64,000 bases of DNA from an uncultured bacterium. GTDB taxonomy: Bacteria > Cyanobacteriota > Vampirovibrionia > Gastranaerophilales > Gastranaerophilaceae. Made by a program: the position numbers and the translations under genes. The stretch spans positions 2,186-66,185 of the forward strand of contig CACWIL010000001.1 in NCBI GenBank assembly GCA_902760905.1. Direction: 5' to 3'. Shown piece by piece: positions 50,428 to 58,943 of the stretch (positions are counted from its first letter, which is position 1; every line of letters begins with the position of its first letter). The notes under the pieces are model-generated. The model had not been told where the DNA came from. It made no database searches and saw only the letters and a list, made by a program, of their open reading frames with translations.

Positions 50428-50502
50428 ATGTTAGTTGAAATCAATGAAAAAGAACTACTGATTATAATATCAATAGTTCTTTGGCTCCTATCCCTTGATT
50501 AA
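50428..50502 (+). CDS. Putative type I toxin, 24-aa hydrophobic peptide
   Basis: MLVEINEKELLIIISIVLWLLSLD; GAAAGGAGGTG RBS immediately upstream; convergent antisense promoter. Confidence 0.7.
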   Translation: MLVEINEKELLIIISIVLWLLSLD

Positions 50503-50539
50503 GGGAACGGGCTTGGGTGCTATCATCACCCTTGCCTGT
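50447..50539 (-). ncRNA. Putative antisense (antitoxin) RNA, about 90 nt
   Basis: Starts below the minus-strand promoter; three hairpins, the last a 14-bp stem ending in a U-run. Confidence 0.62.
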
Positions 50540-50545
50540 ATTCTT

Positions 50546-50574
50546 ATTTTAACTTATTTAATGCTCTTTTACAA
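50546..50574 (-). promoter_or_regulatory. Sigma70-type promoter of the antisense RNA
   Basis: TTGTAA-N17-TAAAAT on the minus strand. Confidence 0.65.
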
Positions 50575-52116
50575 CCCTTTTGCAAAGTCTTCAATCCCAA
50601 ACTCTTTGCCTGTAAGTTGTTTAATGAGTTCATATTCATCAACTGTTGCTCCGAGTGAAAAAATATTTTTATTCATATATTCTGCTGTTTTTGGATTTTC
50701 TGTTATATTTCCCAAAACTTCGTGAAGGTGGTTGTATATTTGCGCTTTCATAAGTGTTGCACGAAAATAATTTTGATAATATCCCGGATGTGTCAGGTAA
50801 TGTGGTATTGTTGCCCATTCATTGTCGGGTTCTTCAAACCTGTTAAGATATTTACCCCTCATTTGCGCCCAAAGTTCAGCCGGATTTTTATCAGGGTTTT
50901 TGTATAACTCGTACTCAAAATCTATTATTTCAAGGCTTCTTGATACAAAATTTGCTTCATCATCTTTTAATGATTCTTTGAATTTTTTAAGAAGTTCTTC
51001 CGGTACAATTTCTTTTAAGATATTCTCTTTTTTCATAATATCGCCCATCATCATTGCAATAGCTTCTGTTACGGCTGATGATGACGGAGCTTTGTCAAGA
51101 AATGGAAGTGTTGTTGATATTCCCAAATCGTACATGCAGTGACCGAGCTCATGGTTTAGCGTATCAATGCTTTGGGCATTATTCATCAGGTTTGCCAGTA
51201 TTCTTGAATCTTTTCCTGCTTCAACTCCAAAGCAGAATCCGTGTGTGTTTTTACCTTTTCTCGGGTACAAATCAAGAATTAGTTTGCCTTCTTCCTGTAA
51301 TTTATCTATATCATAACCCATACCTGAGTATGTTTTTTTACAAATATTTTCTATGTTGTTGTTTATCAGAATTTCATTTACCCCTTTTTCCGGGTCTGAG
51401 TCAAGCAGCAAACCATAGTGGTATGCTTTTAAATCTTTAACACCGAAAAATTCTTTAAGTTCCTTGTGGCGTTTTGACTGAAGAACTTTTATTTTTGACT
51501 GAGATGCGGAATAAACATCATTAATCAGTTTGTTTAAAAACTCAGGTTCAACGTCATATTCTTCTTTAATCATGTAATCAAAGTAATTATCGTAACCTTT
51601 TGTTTTTGCGTATTCATTACGCATTTTAACAAGCTCTGCTAAATCATTTGCGATTAAATCACCGCCCTTAACCTTGGCTTCATAAGCTTTTTTTCTGATA
51701 TCAACATCTGTTTCTGTCTGCAGAATTTTTGTTATATCGACTTTTGTAACTTCCCTGCCGTCAATTTTGGGAACATAAGTATTGTATTTCTGCCCGATAT
51801 CGCTTTCTTTTTTGCGCAGTGCCTTTTTTGCTTCCCCTGTGTTTAGCTCTTCATCAAAGACTTTGAGTAAATCTTTAAGCTGTTTTGCTTCGTGTGCCGG
51901 CAGCTTATTTTTATCAATTTCTTTTAATTTGTTATAAATTTTTTCATCTTTATAAAGAGAATAAAATTTATCTTCTGCCTGTTCATACGCTTGTTGGGTT
52001 TCAGTATTTGAGTTGATAAAAAATTCCCAGCATTTTTTTTCTGAATTTATTGCTGCAGGTTCCAATTCTTTTGAAAAATCTTCTCTTATTTTAATAAAAT
52101 TATTTAATTCATTCAT
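50569..52116 (-). CDS. M2/M3 family zinc metallopeptidase
   Basis: RNEYAKTKGYDNY, DLYPRKGKNTHGFC, HELGH, EAIAM, HYLTHPGYYQNY; GAGG before ATG 52116. Confidence 0.88.
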   Translation of the reverse strand: MNELNNFIKIREDFSKELEPAAINSEKKCWEFFINSNTETQQAYEQAEDKFYSLYKDEKIYNKLKEIDKNKLPAHEAKQLKDLLKVFDEELNTGEAKKALRKKESDIGQKYNTYVPKIDGREVTKVDITKILQTETDVDIRKKAYEAKVKGGDLIANDLAELVKMRNEYAKTKGYDNYFDYMIKEEYDVEPEFLNKLINDVYSASQSKIKVLQSKRHKELKEFFGVKDLKAYHYGLLLDSDPEKGVNEILINNNIENICKKTYSGMGYDIDKLQEEGKLILDLYPRKGKNTHGFCFGVEAGKDSRILANLMNNAQSIDTLNHELGHCMYDLGISTTLPFLDKAPSSSAVTEAIAMMMGDIMKKENILKEIVPEELLKKFKESLKDDEANFVSRSLEIIDFEYELYKNPDKNPAELWAQMRGKYLNRFEEPDNEWATIPHYLTHPGYYQNYFRATLMKAQIYNHLHEVLGNITENPKTAEYMNKNIFSLGATVDEYELIKQLTGKEFGIEDFAKGL

Positions 52117-52124
52117 ATTTACCT

Positions 52125-53249
52125 CTAACAAATTTTGCCTAAAACAACTCTTTTTTCTGCTCCGGTGCATGAAGGAACGTTTGACGGTATTCCGTAATAA
52201 TTGCAGTAACCTAAAAGAGCAAAAGCCATGGCTTCTTTGTAATTGTTAGAAATGCCAAAATCTTCGTGAGTTTTAAGCTCTGTTCTCTGCGGCAAGTATG
52301 TTCTTAAAAACTTCATCATCGTTTTATTATACGCTCCGCCTCCGCCGATTACGGCAGTATCTATATGACAAACGGGATAAATAAATCTTTCATAAGCTTG
52401 AGCAATTGTTTTGGCTGTTAGCGCCGTTAAAGTTGCAATTATGTCTTTAGGTTCATCAGGTGCTGTTTTTAAGATGTTTTCAATATATTTTGTTGAAAAA
52501 TATTCTCTGCCGGTTGTTTTTGGAGGTTCAAGAAAATAGTATTCATCCTGAAGTAAACAATCCAGCCAGCTTTCGCAGACTTTTCCTTCATTAGCAATTA
52601 TGCCGTCTTTATCATATTTTTGGTTAAAGAACTTTTGAACACAGTAATCTATCATTATATTTCCGCAACCTGTGTCAAAACCAAAAGTATCGTATTTATT
52701 TGACACAACAGTAACATTTGATATTCCGCCTATATTCTGAATTGCAAAATTCTTATTATATTTACCCCACCATTTTTCATCTGCAAAACATACAAGCGGA
52801 GCTCCCTGACCACCGACAGCAATATCTTTTTCCCGGAAGTTTGAAACAGTAAGACAGCCTGTTAAAGCAGATATAACTGAGCTTTCACCAATTTGAAGCG
52901 TACTTTTTAAAGGTATATTATCAATCTTTTCATCAAACGGATAGTGATAAACTGTTTGTCCGTGGCTTGCGATTAAGTCAGGCTTTCCAAACTCCCCGAT
53001 TAAAATATTACAGGCATCTGCAAAGCATCTGCCGATTGCAAAATTTAGCTGGCAGAGTTCTTTTATTGACAACTCATTTCTGAATGCCTGAAATATTTTT
53101 GCCCTGATATGTTCAGGATACGGATGGTTAATCCCCTGTATAAGTTTTACCGATAAATCCGGATAAACCTCACATAATGCAGCATCAATTGAGTCGCACG
53201 AAGTTCCTGACATTAAACCGATAACTTTTTTGAGTTCTTTTTCTTCCAT
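52125..53249 (-). CDS. anmK: Anhydro-N-acetylmuramic acid kinase
   Basis: IGLMSGTSCDSID, SHGQTV, GGQGAPLV, NIGGISN, FDTG.GN, PPKTTGRE, KEAMAFA. Confidence 0.96.
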   Translation of the reverse strand: MEEKELKKVIGLMSGTSCDSIDAALCEVYPDLSVKLIQGINHPYPEHIRAKIFQAFRNELSIKELCQLNFAIGRCFADACNILIGEFGKPDLIASHGQTVYHYPFDEKIDNIPLKSTLQIGESSVISALTGCLTVSNFREKDIAVGGQGAPLVCFADEKWWGKYNKNFAIQNIGGISNVTVVSNKYDTFGFDTGCGNIMIDYCVQKFFNQKYDKDGIIANEGKVCESWLDCLLQDEYYFLEPPKTTGREYFSTKYIENILKTAPDEPKDIIATLTALTAKTIAQAYERFIYPVCHIDTAVIGGGGAYNKTMMKFLRTYLPQRTELKTHEDFGISNNYKEAMAFALLGYCNYYGIPSNVPSCTGAEKRVVLGKIC

Positions 53250-53255
53250 AGCAGA

Positions 53256-53690
53256 CTATACATTTGAACGTATTATTTCAGAAACATTATTATTTGATTT
53301 TCTGTTGAAATCAGACGGCATAGACATAGAGCCTACGCTTGTTCTCGGTGCGGTATGTGTTTCTTCAACAGGGGTATATTCAATAATTCTTTCTTCTTCT
53401 TCAATATTGTTTTTGATTTCTTTTGCTTCTATTGGTTGAGAAACCGGAGCAGAACCGAGTGATGCGTGGAATGTTCTTGATATAACATCATCCTGCTGTT
53501 CTTTTGTAAGCTTAATAAAGTTTACCGCATATCCGGAAACTCTTACGGTTAACTGCGGATATTTTTCTGGATGAGCCTGAGCGTCAATCAGTGTTTCTCT
53601 GTTAAATACGTTTACGTTGAGGTGGTGTCCGCCTTTTTCAACGTATCCGTCAAGTAAATTTATTAAATTTTCTTCTTGTTGAGTTGTCAT
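53256..53690 (-). CDS. Autonomous glycyl-radical domain (GrcA-like) with ~65-aa C-terminal extension
   Basis: GGHHLNVNV...[19 protein letters not shown]...[11 protein letters not shown]; own AAGGAG RBS. Confidence 0.9.
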   Translation of the reverse strand: MTTQQEENLINLLDGYVEKGGHHLNVNVFNRETLIDAQAHPEKYPQLTVRVSGYAVNFIKLTKEQQDDVISRTFHASLGSAPVSQPIEAKEIKNNIEEEERIIEYTPVEETHTAPRTSVGSMSMPSDFNRKSNNNVSEIIRSNV

Positions 53691-53711
53691 TTTATTCTCC
53701 TTTTACGTTAT

Positions 53712-55817
53712 CTATTCAAGTCCTTTAACCCCTTCGCAACAACCACAGTCCAGTGCGATATCCAAATCACCCATAAAGATTTCATCTTTACCTAATGCAT
53801 TAGGAATAATTGAGAATGTATTTGAGATACCGTCTTGTGCATCATTGAACGGAAGTTTGGCAACAGAAGCTAATGAAGCAACTGCACCATTTGAATCTCT
53901 GCCATGCATCGGGTTAGCTCCGGGTGCAAGCGGAACTCCTGCTTTTCTTCCGTCAGGAGTGTTTCCTGTCTTCTTTCCGTAAACTACGTTTGATGTGATT
54001 GTAAGAATTGACATTGTCGGAATAGAGTTTCTGTAAGTTGTGTGTTTTCTGATCATGTTCATAAACTTGTGAACTAGTTCTACTGCCATTTCGTCAACTC
54101 TGTCATCATTGTTTCCGTATTTGGGGTAGTCTCCTTCGACTTCATAATCAACAACTATGCCATTTTCGTCACGAATTGTTTTAACTTTTGCATACTTGAT
54201 TGCGGAAAGTGAATCGGCAACAACCGACAAACCTGCAATACCTGTTGCAAAGTATCTTTTTACATCTCTGTCATGGAGTGCCATTTGAGAGCGTTCGTAA
54301 CAGTATTTATCGTGCATGTAATGGATTACATTCAGAGTATTTACATACAATCCTGCAAGCCATTCCATCATATCTTCATATCTTTCCATAACTTCGTTAT
54401 AATCAAGATATTCAGAAGTAATCGGTCTGTACTTAGGACCAACCTGTTCTTTCAGTCTTTCATCAACACCACCGTTAATTGCGTATAATAAACATTTTGC
54501 AAGGTTTGCCCTTGCGCCGAAGAACTGCATTTCCTTACCTACAACCATTGAAGACACGCAGCATGCAATAGCATAATCATCACCATGAACAGCTCTCATC
54601 AAATCATCATTTTCATACTGAATAGATGATGTTGTGATAGAAATGTGCGCTGCGTATTGTTTAAAGTTGTGCGGTAAATTTTTTGACCACAAAACAGTTA
54701 AGTTCGGTTCAGGTGCAGTACCTAAGTTTTCAAGAGTATGAAGATATCTGAAAGAGTTTTTTGTAACCATGTGTCTGCCGTCAACACCAACTCCGCCGAT
54801 TGATTCTGTTACCCAGGTCGGATCACCGGAGAAAAGAGCATTGTATTCAGGAGTTCTTGCAAACTTAACCAGTCTTAACTTCATAATGAAGTGGTCAATA
54901 AGTTCCTGTGCTTCCTGTTCTGTTATTATTCCGTCACGTAAATCTCTTTCAATAAATATATCTAAGAAGGTTGAAGTTCTTCCGATACTCATAGCAGCAC
55001 CGTTTTGTTCTTTTACTGCCGATAAGTAACCGAAGTATAACCATTGAACTGCTTCACGTGCGTTTCTTGCAGGTTGTGTAATATCAAAACCATAGATTTT
55101 TCCAAGCTCTGCCATTTCCCACAATGCACGGATTTGTTCAGAAATTTCTTCTTTCAACTGAATTTTTTCCGGAGTCATATCTCCGTCAATAGAGTTGTGC
55201 TGTTCAATTTTGTCATAAACAAGTCTGTCAATGCCATAAAGAGCGATTCTTCTGTAGTCACCGATGATACGGCCTCTTCCGTAAGCATCAGGCAAGCCTG
55301 TTAAGATTGCAGCATGACGGGCACGTTTCATCTCAGGAGTATAAGCATCAAAAACACCCTGATTGTGTGTTTTTCTGTATTTTGTAAATATTTCGCTGAT
55401 TTCAGGATCAACTTCATAACCATAAGATTTGCATGCCCCTTCTGCCATTCTGATACCGCCAAACGGCTGAAGCGAACGTTTAAGAGGCTTGTCAGTTTGT
55501 AAGCCTACAATTTTTTCAAGTGGCTTATCTATATAGCCTGCGCCATGTGAAGTTATTGTAGAAACAATTTTTGTATCCATATCAAGAACACCGCCGTTTT
55601 CACGTTCTTTTTTAAAGAGGTCGCAGCATTCTTCCCAAAGTTTTTTAGTTGCTTCGGTAGGACCTGTTAAGAAACTTGAATCACCGTTATACTGTGTGTA
55701 GTTTCTCTGTATAAAATCTCTTACATTAATCTCTTTCTGCCATTTTCCGCCTACAAACTCTGTTGTTGAATATTTGTTTTCTGCGGAACGCTCTATTGTT
55801 GCTTCCATTTGTACCAT
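53712..55817 (-). CDS. pflB: Pyruvate formate-lyase lacking the C-terminal glycyl-radical domain
   Basis: [50 protein letters not shown]; no RVSGY; start at 55817 or 55808 after AAGGAG. Confidence 0.95.
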   Translation of the reverse strand: MVQMEATIERSAENKYSTTEFVGGKWQKEINVRDFIQRNYTQYNGDSSFLTGPTEATKKLWEECCDLFKKERENGGVLDMDTKIVSTITSHGAGYIDKPLEKIVGLQTDKPLKRSLQPFGGIRMAEGACKSYGYEVDPEISEIFTKYRKTHNQGVFDAYTPEMKRARHAAILTGLPDAYGRGRIIGDYRRIALYGIDRLVYDKIEQHNSIDGDMTPEKIQLKEEISEQIRALWEMAELGKIYGFDITQPARNAREAVQWLYFGYLSAVKEQNGAAMSIGRTSTFLDIFIERDLRDGIITEQEAQELIDHFIMKLRLVKFARTPEYNALFSGDPTWVTESIGGVGVDGRHMVTKNSFRYLHTLENLGTAPEPNLTVLWSKNLPHNFKQYAAHISITTSSIQYENDDLMRAVHGDDYAIACCVSSMVVGKEMQFFGARANLAKCLLYAINGGVDERLKEQVGPKYRPITSEYLDYNEVMERYEDMMEWLAGLYVNTLNVIHYMHDKYCYERSQMALHDRDVKRYFATGIAGLSVVADSLSAIKYAKVKTIRDENGIVVDYEVEGDYPKYGNNDDRVDEMAVELVHKFMNMIRKHTTYRNSIPTMSILTITSNVVYGKKTGNTPDGRKAGVPLAPGANPMHGRDSNGAVASLASVAKLPFNDAQDGISNTFSIIPNALGKDEIFMGDLDIALDCGCCEGVKGLE

Positions 55818-55928
55818 ATCTCCTTTGTACTTATTTTTATTTTTAGAGTGAGAACTTTTATTATACCACTTGCGATTTCTAAATTCCAACTATATTAACT
55901 TATATAAATTGTCAATTTTACAATTGTA

Positions 55929-56369
55929 TTAAGACGTGCTTGCTGCTAAAAGCATTTCTGTTTCGTTTTCGTCAAAAACAAATTTGCCGTTATGCTTGTC
56001 CTCACATTCTCTGCAAAGTCCTCTAAAATTAATATCTATAGAAGTTATTTTGCAGTCCGTAAATTCTTCAGCCTTTGCAATTAAATCTTTTCCGATGTTC
56101 ATCGGGATATCACAGATTTTTCCGCAACAGCTGCAAATAAAATGATAATGCGGTTCTAAACAGCTATCAAAATGGGAAGAACCATCAAGTCCTATAATTT
56201 TGCGGATAATACCTTTTTCCGCAAACTTGTTAAGATTACGGTAAACCGTAGCAACGCCAATATCGGCATGCTCCTGATGAATGTATTTGTAGAGTTCATC
56301 AGCCGTCGGATGAACACAGTGTTCACCAAGCGCACGCAAAATGATTTCTTTTTGCTTTGAGTTCCTCAT
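55929..56369 (-). CDS. Fur-family regulator (PerR-like)
   Basis: HPTADELY, ATVYRNL, HYHFICSCCG, GLCREC. Confidence 0.92.
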   Translation of the reverse strand: MRNSKQKEIILRALGEHCVHPTADELYKYIHQEHADIGVATVYRNLNKFAEKGIIRKIIGLDGSSHFDSCLEPHYHFICSCCGKICDIPMNIGKDLIAKAEEFTDCKITSIDINFRGLCRECEDKHNGKFVFDENETEMLLAASTS

Positions 56370-56389
56370 AATCTCAACTTCCCAAAAAT

Positions 56390-56416
56390 GATAATTATTA
56401 TCATTATCATTATCAT
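56390..56416 (-). promoter_or_regulatory. Fur-box array upstream of the Fur-family gene
   Basis: Minus strand GATAATGATAATAATTATC matches 18/19 of GATAATGATAATCATTATC, with an extra GATAAT hexamer; TTGACT lies 17 bp upstream of that hexamer. Confidence 0.75.
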
Positions 56417-56464
56417 AGAAATTTGAAAAAAAGTCAATAAAGGTTAACTAATGTTAACTTGAAT

Positions 56465-57121
56465 TTAATAAGTAGCTATTGCATTTAATGAATCGTTGAG
56501 AGAAACCTCAATCTCAGTAGAAGCAGGTATTACAGCATCTGTTCCTTTTTTGCTGAAAACAGGAAAGAGCCCTGTTGGAGTTGTAAAAAAGCATATGCCA
56601 ATAATAACTGCTCCGACTCCGCATGTTGCAACACCATATAATGCCATCAAAACTACCTGCATTGCAGTTTGTCCAATAGTCGCTATTTTGTCTTCCGACG
56701 ATACTACAAAATCTATTGCTTTAGTAGCTATTTCATATGTTTTATTTTCTGTTGTAACAAGTTTATCAAATTTTATTTGGACTTTTCCGCCTCTCATACA
56801 ATTGGAGGCTTTTTTAGCCTTTATTACTTTCCCATAAAGTACGCTGTTTTGTTTGGCAACAATTGCTCCGTCAATTTTTAAATCTTCATTTAAAGTTGCT
56901 GCTACTTCATCATGCTCTTGTATTGTTGAAGTATCTATAGAAGTTTGTAAGGTAATCGGGAGGGTAGTTCCTTTTTCTATTTTTACTACCTTTCCGTTCA
57001 TTGAGTCTTCAAAAGTGTATTTAGTCACAATTTCGTCTGTTTGTAAGTTCTTCGAATTATCAAGAGCATAACAACTTTGTAAAGTTAATAAAATAACCAT
57101 GACAAACAGAAATAATCGCAT
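56465..57121 (-). CDS. Secreted/membrane hypothetical protein
   Basis: Signal peptide; IEKGTTLPITL...GKVIKAKKA...GGKVQIKFD pattern; hydrophobic C-terminal hairpin. Confidence 0.7.
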   Translation of the reverse strand: MRLFLFVMVILLTLQSCYALDNSKNLQTDEIVTKYTFEDSMNGKVVKIEKGTTLPITLQTSIDTSTIQEHDEVAATLNEDLKIDGAIVAKQNSVLYGKVIKAKKASNCMRGGKVQIKFDKLVTTENKTYEIATKAIDFVVSSEDKIATIGQTAMQVVLMALYGVATCGVGAVIIGICFFTTPTGLFPVFSKKGTDAVIPASTEIEVSLNDSLNAIATY

Positions 57122-57259
57122 TTCCTACTCCTTCAATTATACTATTTCATATATTGAAACGATTATTATAAAATATTGTTCATTTTTGTCAAAAAAAATG
57201 GAAACAAGTAACTTGCATCCATTTTTAATATATTAACTTTACTAAATATAAACTTGCTT

Positions 57260-58282
57260 CTAAGCATTCTCTGCAAGTTTTTCTCTGACGAGTTTTTCTA
57301 TAGTATCAAGAATTTCAGGATTAGCAGCCAAAAACTCTTTTGCTTTATCTCTTCCCTGACCGAGTTTTTCGTCATTAAAGCTGAACCATGAGCCTGCTTT
57401 TTTCACAATATCCAAATCAACAGCTACGTCTAAGATGTTACCGATTTTGCAGATACCTTTACCGAATATAATATCAAACTCTGCAGTTCTGAATGGAGGT
57501 GCTACCTTGTTCTTTAATACTCTTACACGAACGTGGTTGCCAACATCTTCGCCGTCACCTTTTAAGCCTTCTACTCTCTTTATTTCCATACGAACAGACG
57601 CATAGTATTTTAGTGCGTTACCACCTGTTGTTGTTTCAGGGTTTCCGTACATAACGCCGATTTTTTGTCTTAACTGGTTAATGAAAATTACGGTTGTATT
57701 AGTTTTGCCTATAATACCGGTTAATTTTCTTAAAGCTTTTGACATCAAACGAGCCTGTAAGCCCATTTGCTGATCTTCCATAGAGCCTTCGATTTCAGCT
57801 TTAGGAACAAGAGCTGCAACAGAGTCAACAACGATAATATCAACTGCACCTGAACGTACAAGTTCTTCTGTAATATCAAGAGCCTGTTCACCTGTATCAG
57901 GTTGTGAAATAAGAAGTTCATCAATATTAACTCCTAAGTTTCTTGCATATTCAGGGTCAAGTGCGTGTTCAGCATCAACGAATGCTGCGATACCGCCTTT
58001 TTTCTGACATTCAGCAACAATGTGCTGTGCAAGAGTAGTTTTACCTGATGATTCAGGACCGTAAACTTCTATTATACGTCCTCTCGGGATTCCGCCTACA
58101 CCTAAGGCAACGTCAAGAGCCAAAGCGCCTGTCGGTATTGTTTCAACACTGACTGCAGGCTTGTCTCCAAGTTTCATTATTGCGCCTTTACCGAAATCTT
58201 TTTCAATTTTATCTATAGCAAGTTTTAACGCTTTTTGTCTTTCGTCGGATACAGCGTTTTTTTCTTCTTCTTTTACCGGCAT
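57260..58282 (-). CDS. recA: Recombinase RecA
   Basis: [47 protein letters not shown]. Confidence 0.99.
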   Translation of the reverse strand: MPVKEEEKNAVSDERQKALKLAIDKIEKDFGKGAIMKLGDKPAVSVETIPTGALALDVALGVGGIPRGRIIEVYGPESSGKTTLAQHIVAECQKKGGIAAFVDAEHALDPEYARNLGVNIDELLISQPDTGEQALDITEELVRSGAVDIIVVDSVAALVPKAEIEGSMEDQQMGLQARLMSKALRKLTGIIGKTNTTVIFINQLRQKIGVMYGNPETTTGGNALKYYASVRMEIKRVEGLKGDGEDVGNHVRVRVLKNKVAPPFRTAEFDIIFGKGICKIGNILDVAVDLDIVKKAGSWFSFNDEKLGQGRDKAKEFLAANPEILDTIEKLVREKLAENA

Positions 58283-58310
58283 ATTAAACTCCTTTTATGT
58301 GATTGAGTTA

Positions 58311-58835
58311 CTAAAGTAATATGTTGTTTTCTTCTTCTTTTTTGATATAAAATCCTGCAAACAGAGGTTTGAAGCTGTTTAGGATATTTTTAAGCTTAAA
58401 ATTTTCTTTATTAAGCTCATTTACTTTGTTTTTAAGGTTTTCGTTTTCTGTTTTGCAGCGAACAAGTTCGAGTACAACATCATCCATACCTTCGAGTTTT
58501 TCATCAATAAGTTTTGTCATAGATGATGTAATATTATTTTCCATTTTGTTTAAAGTCTCTAATAAGCCATTTACAACAGCCTGTGAATTCGGTTTTGTCA
58601 TAACGGGTAAAGCTTCATTTTTATTCATTTTCTTAATTCCATTTCCTGTTAGTATTGAGGACTTAGCACTTTTCAGCCTTTTAACTTCGTCAATAGAAAA
58701 ATATACCTGACCCAGTTTATTTTTCTTAGGGCTAACGGAAGTTCTTTTACATAACTCAACTATCTCTTTGTTATCAACATTTAATAATCTTCTGACATCA
58801 TTTGGTAAAAGTACTTTGTTAGAATCAGTATTCAT
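58311..58835 (-). CDS. Hypothetical protein, MerR-like N-terminus plus coiled coil
   Basis: DVRRLLNV...GQVYFSIDEVKRLK then heptad repeats; directly upstream of recA. Confidence 0.6.
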   Translation of the reverse strand: MNTDSNKVLLPNDVRRLLNVDNKEIVELCKRTSVSPKKNKLGQVYFSIDEVKRLKSAKSSILTGNGIKKMNKNEALPVMTKPNSQAVVNGLLETLNKMENNITSSMTKLIDEKLEGMDDVVLELVRCKTENENLKNKVNELNKENFKLKNILNSFKPLFAGFYIKKEEENNILL

Positions 58836-58943
58836 GCCAAAAATCCCCTCTATCTTTTCTCCTCTTACATTCTATTAGATACAAGTTTTAATTTCTACTA
58901 TTTGTAACAAATGTTTACGAAAAAAGGATGTATAAAATAAAAA

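Noticed and set aside
50495-50725. 76-aa hydrophobic ORF as the toxin
   Set aside because: TTG start without an RBS, runs through the 3' hairpin and antisense into the peptidase; the 24-aa ORF has the strong RBS
53691-53730. pflB pseudogene caused by a frameshift or sequencing error
   Set aside because: The downstream part has its own AAGGAG RBS and ATG, the upstream part has a distinct tail, and both catalytic motifs are intact
58902-58919. LexA box upstream of the recA operon (TAAC-AAAT-GTTT)
   Set aside because: Two mismatches to GAAC-N4-GTTC in AT-rich DNA; not distinguishable from chance
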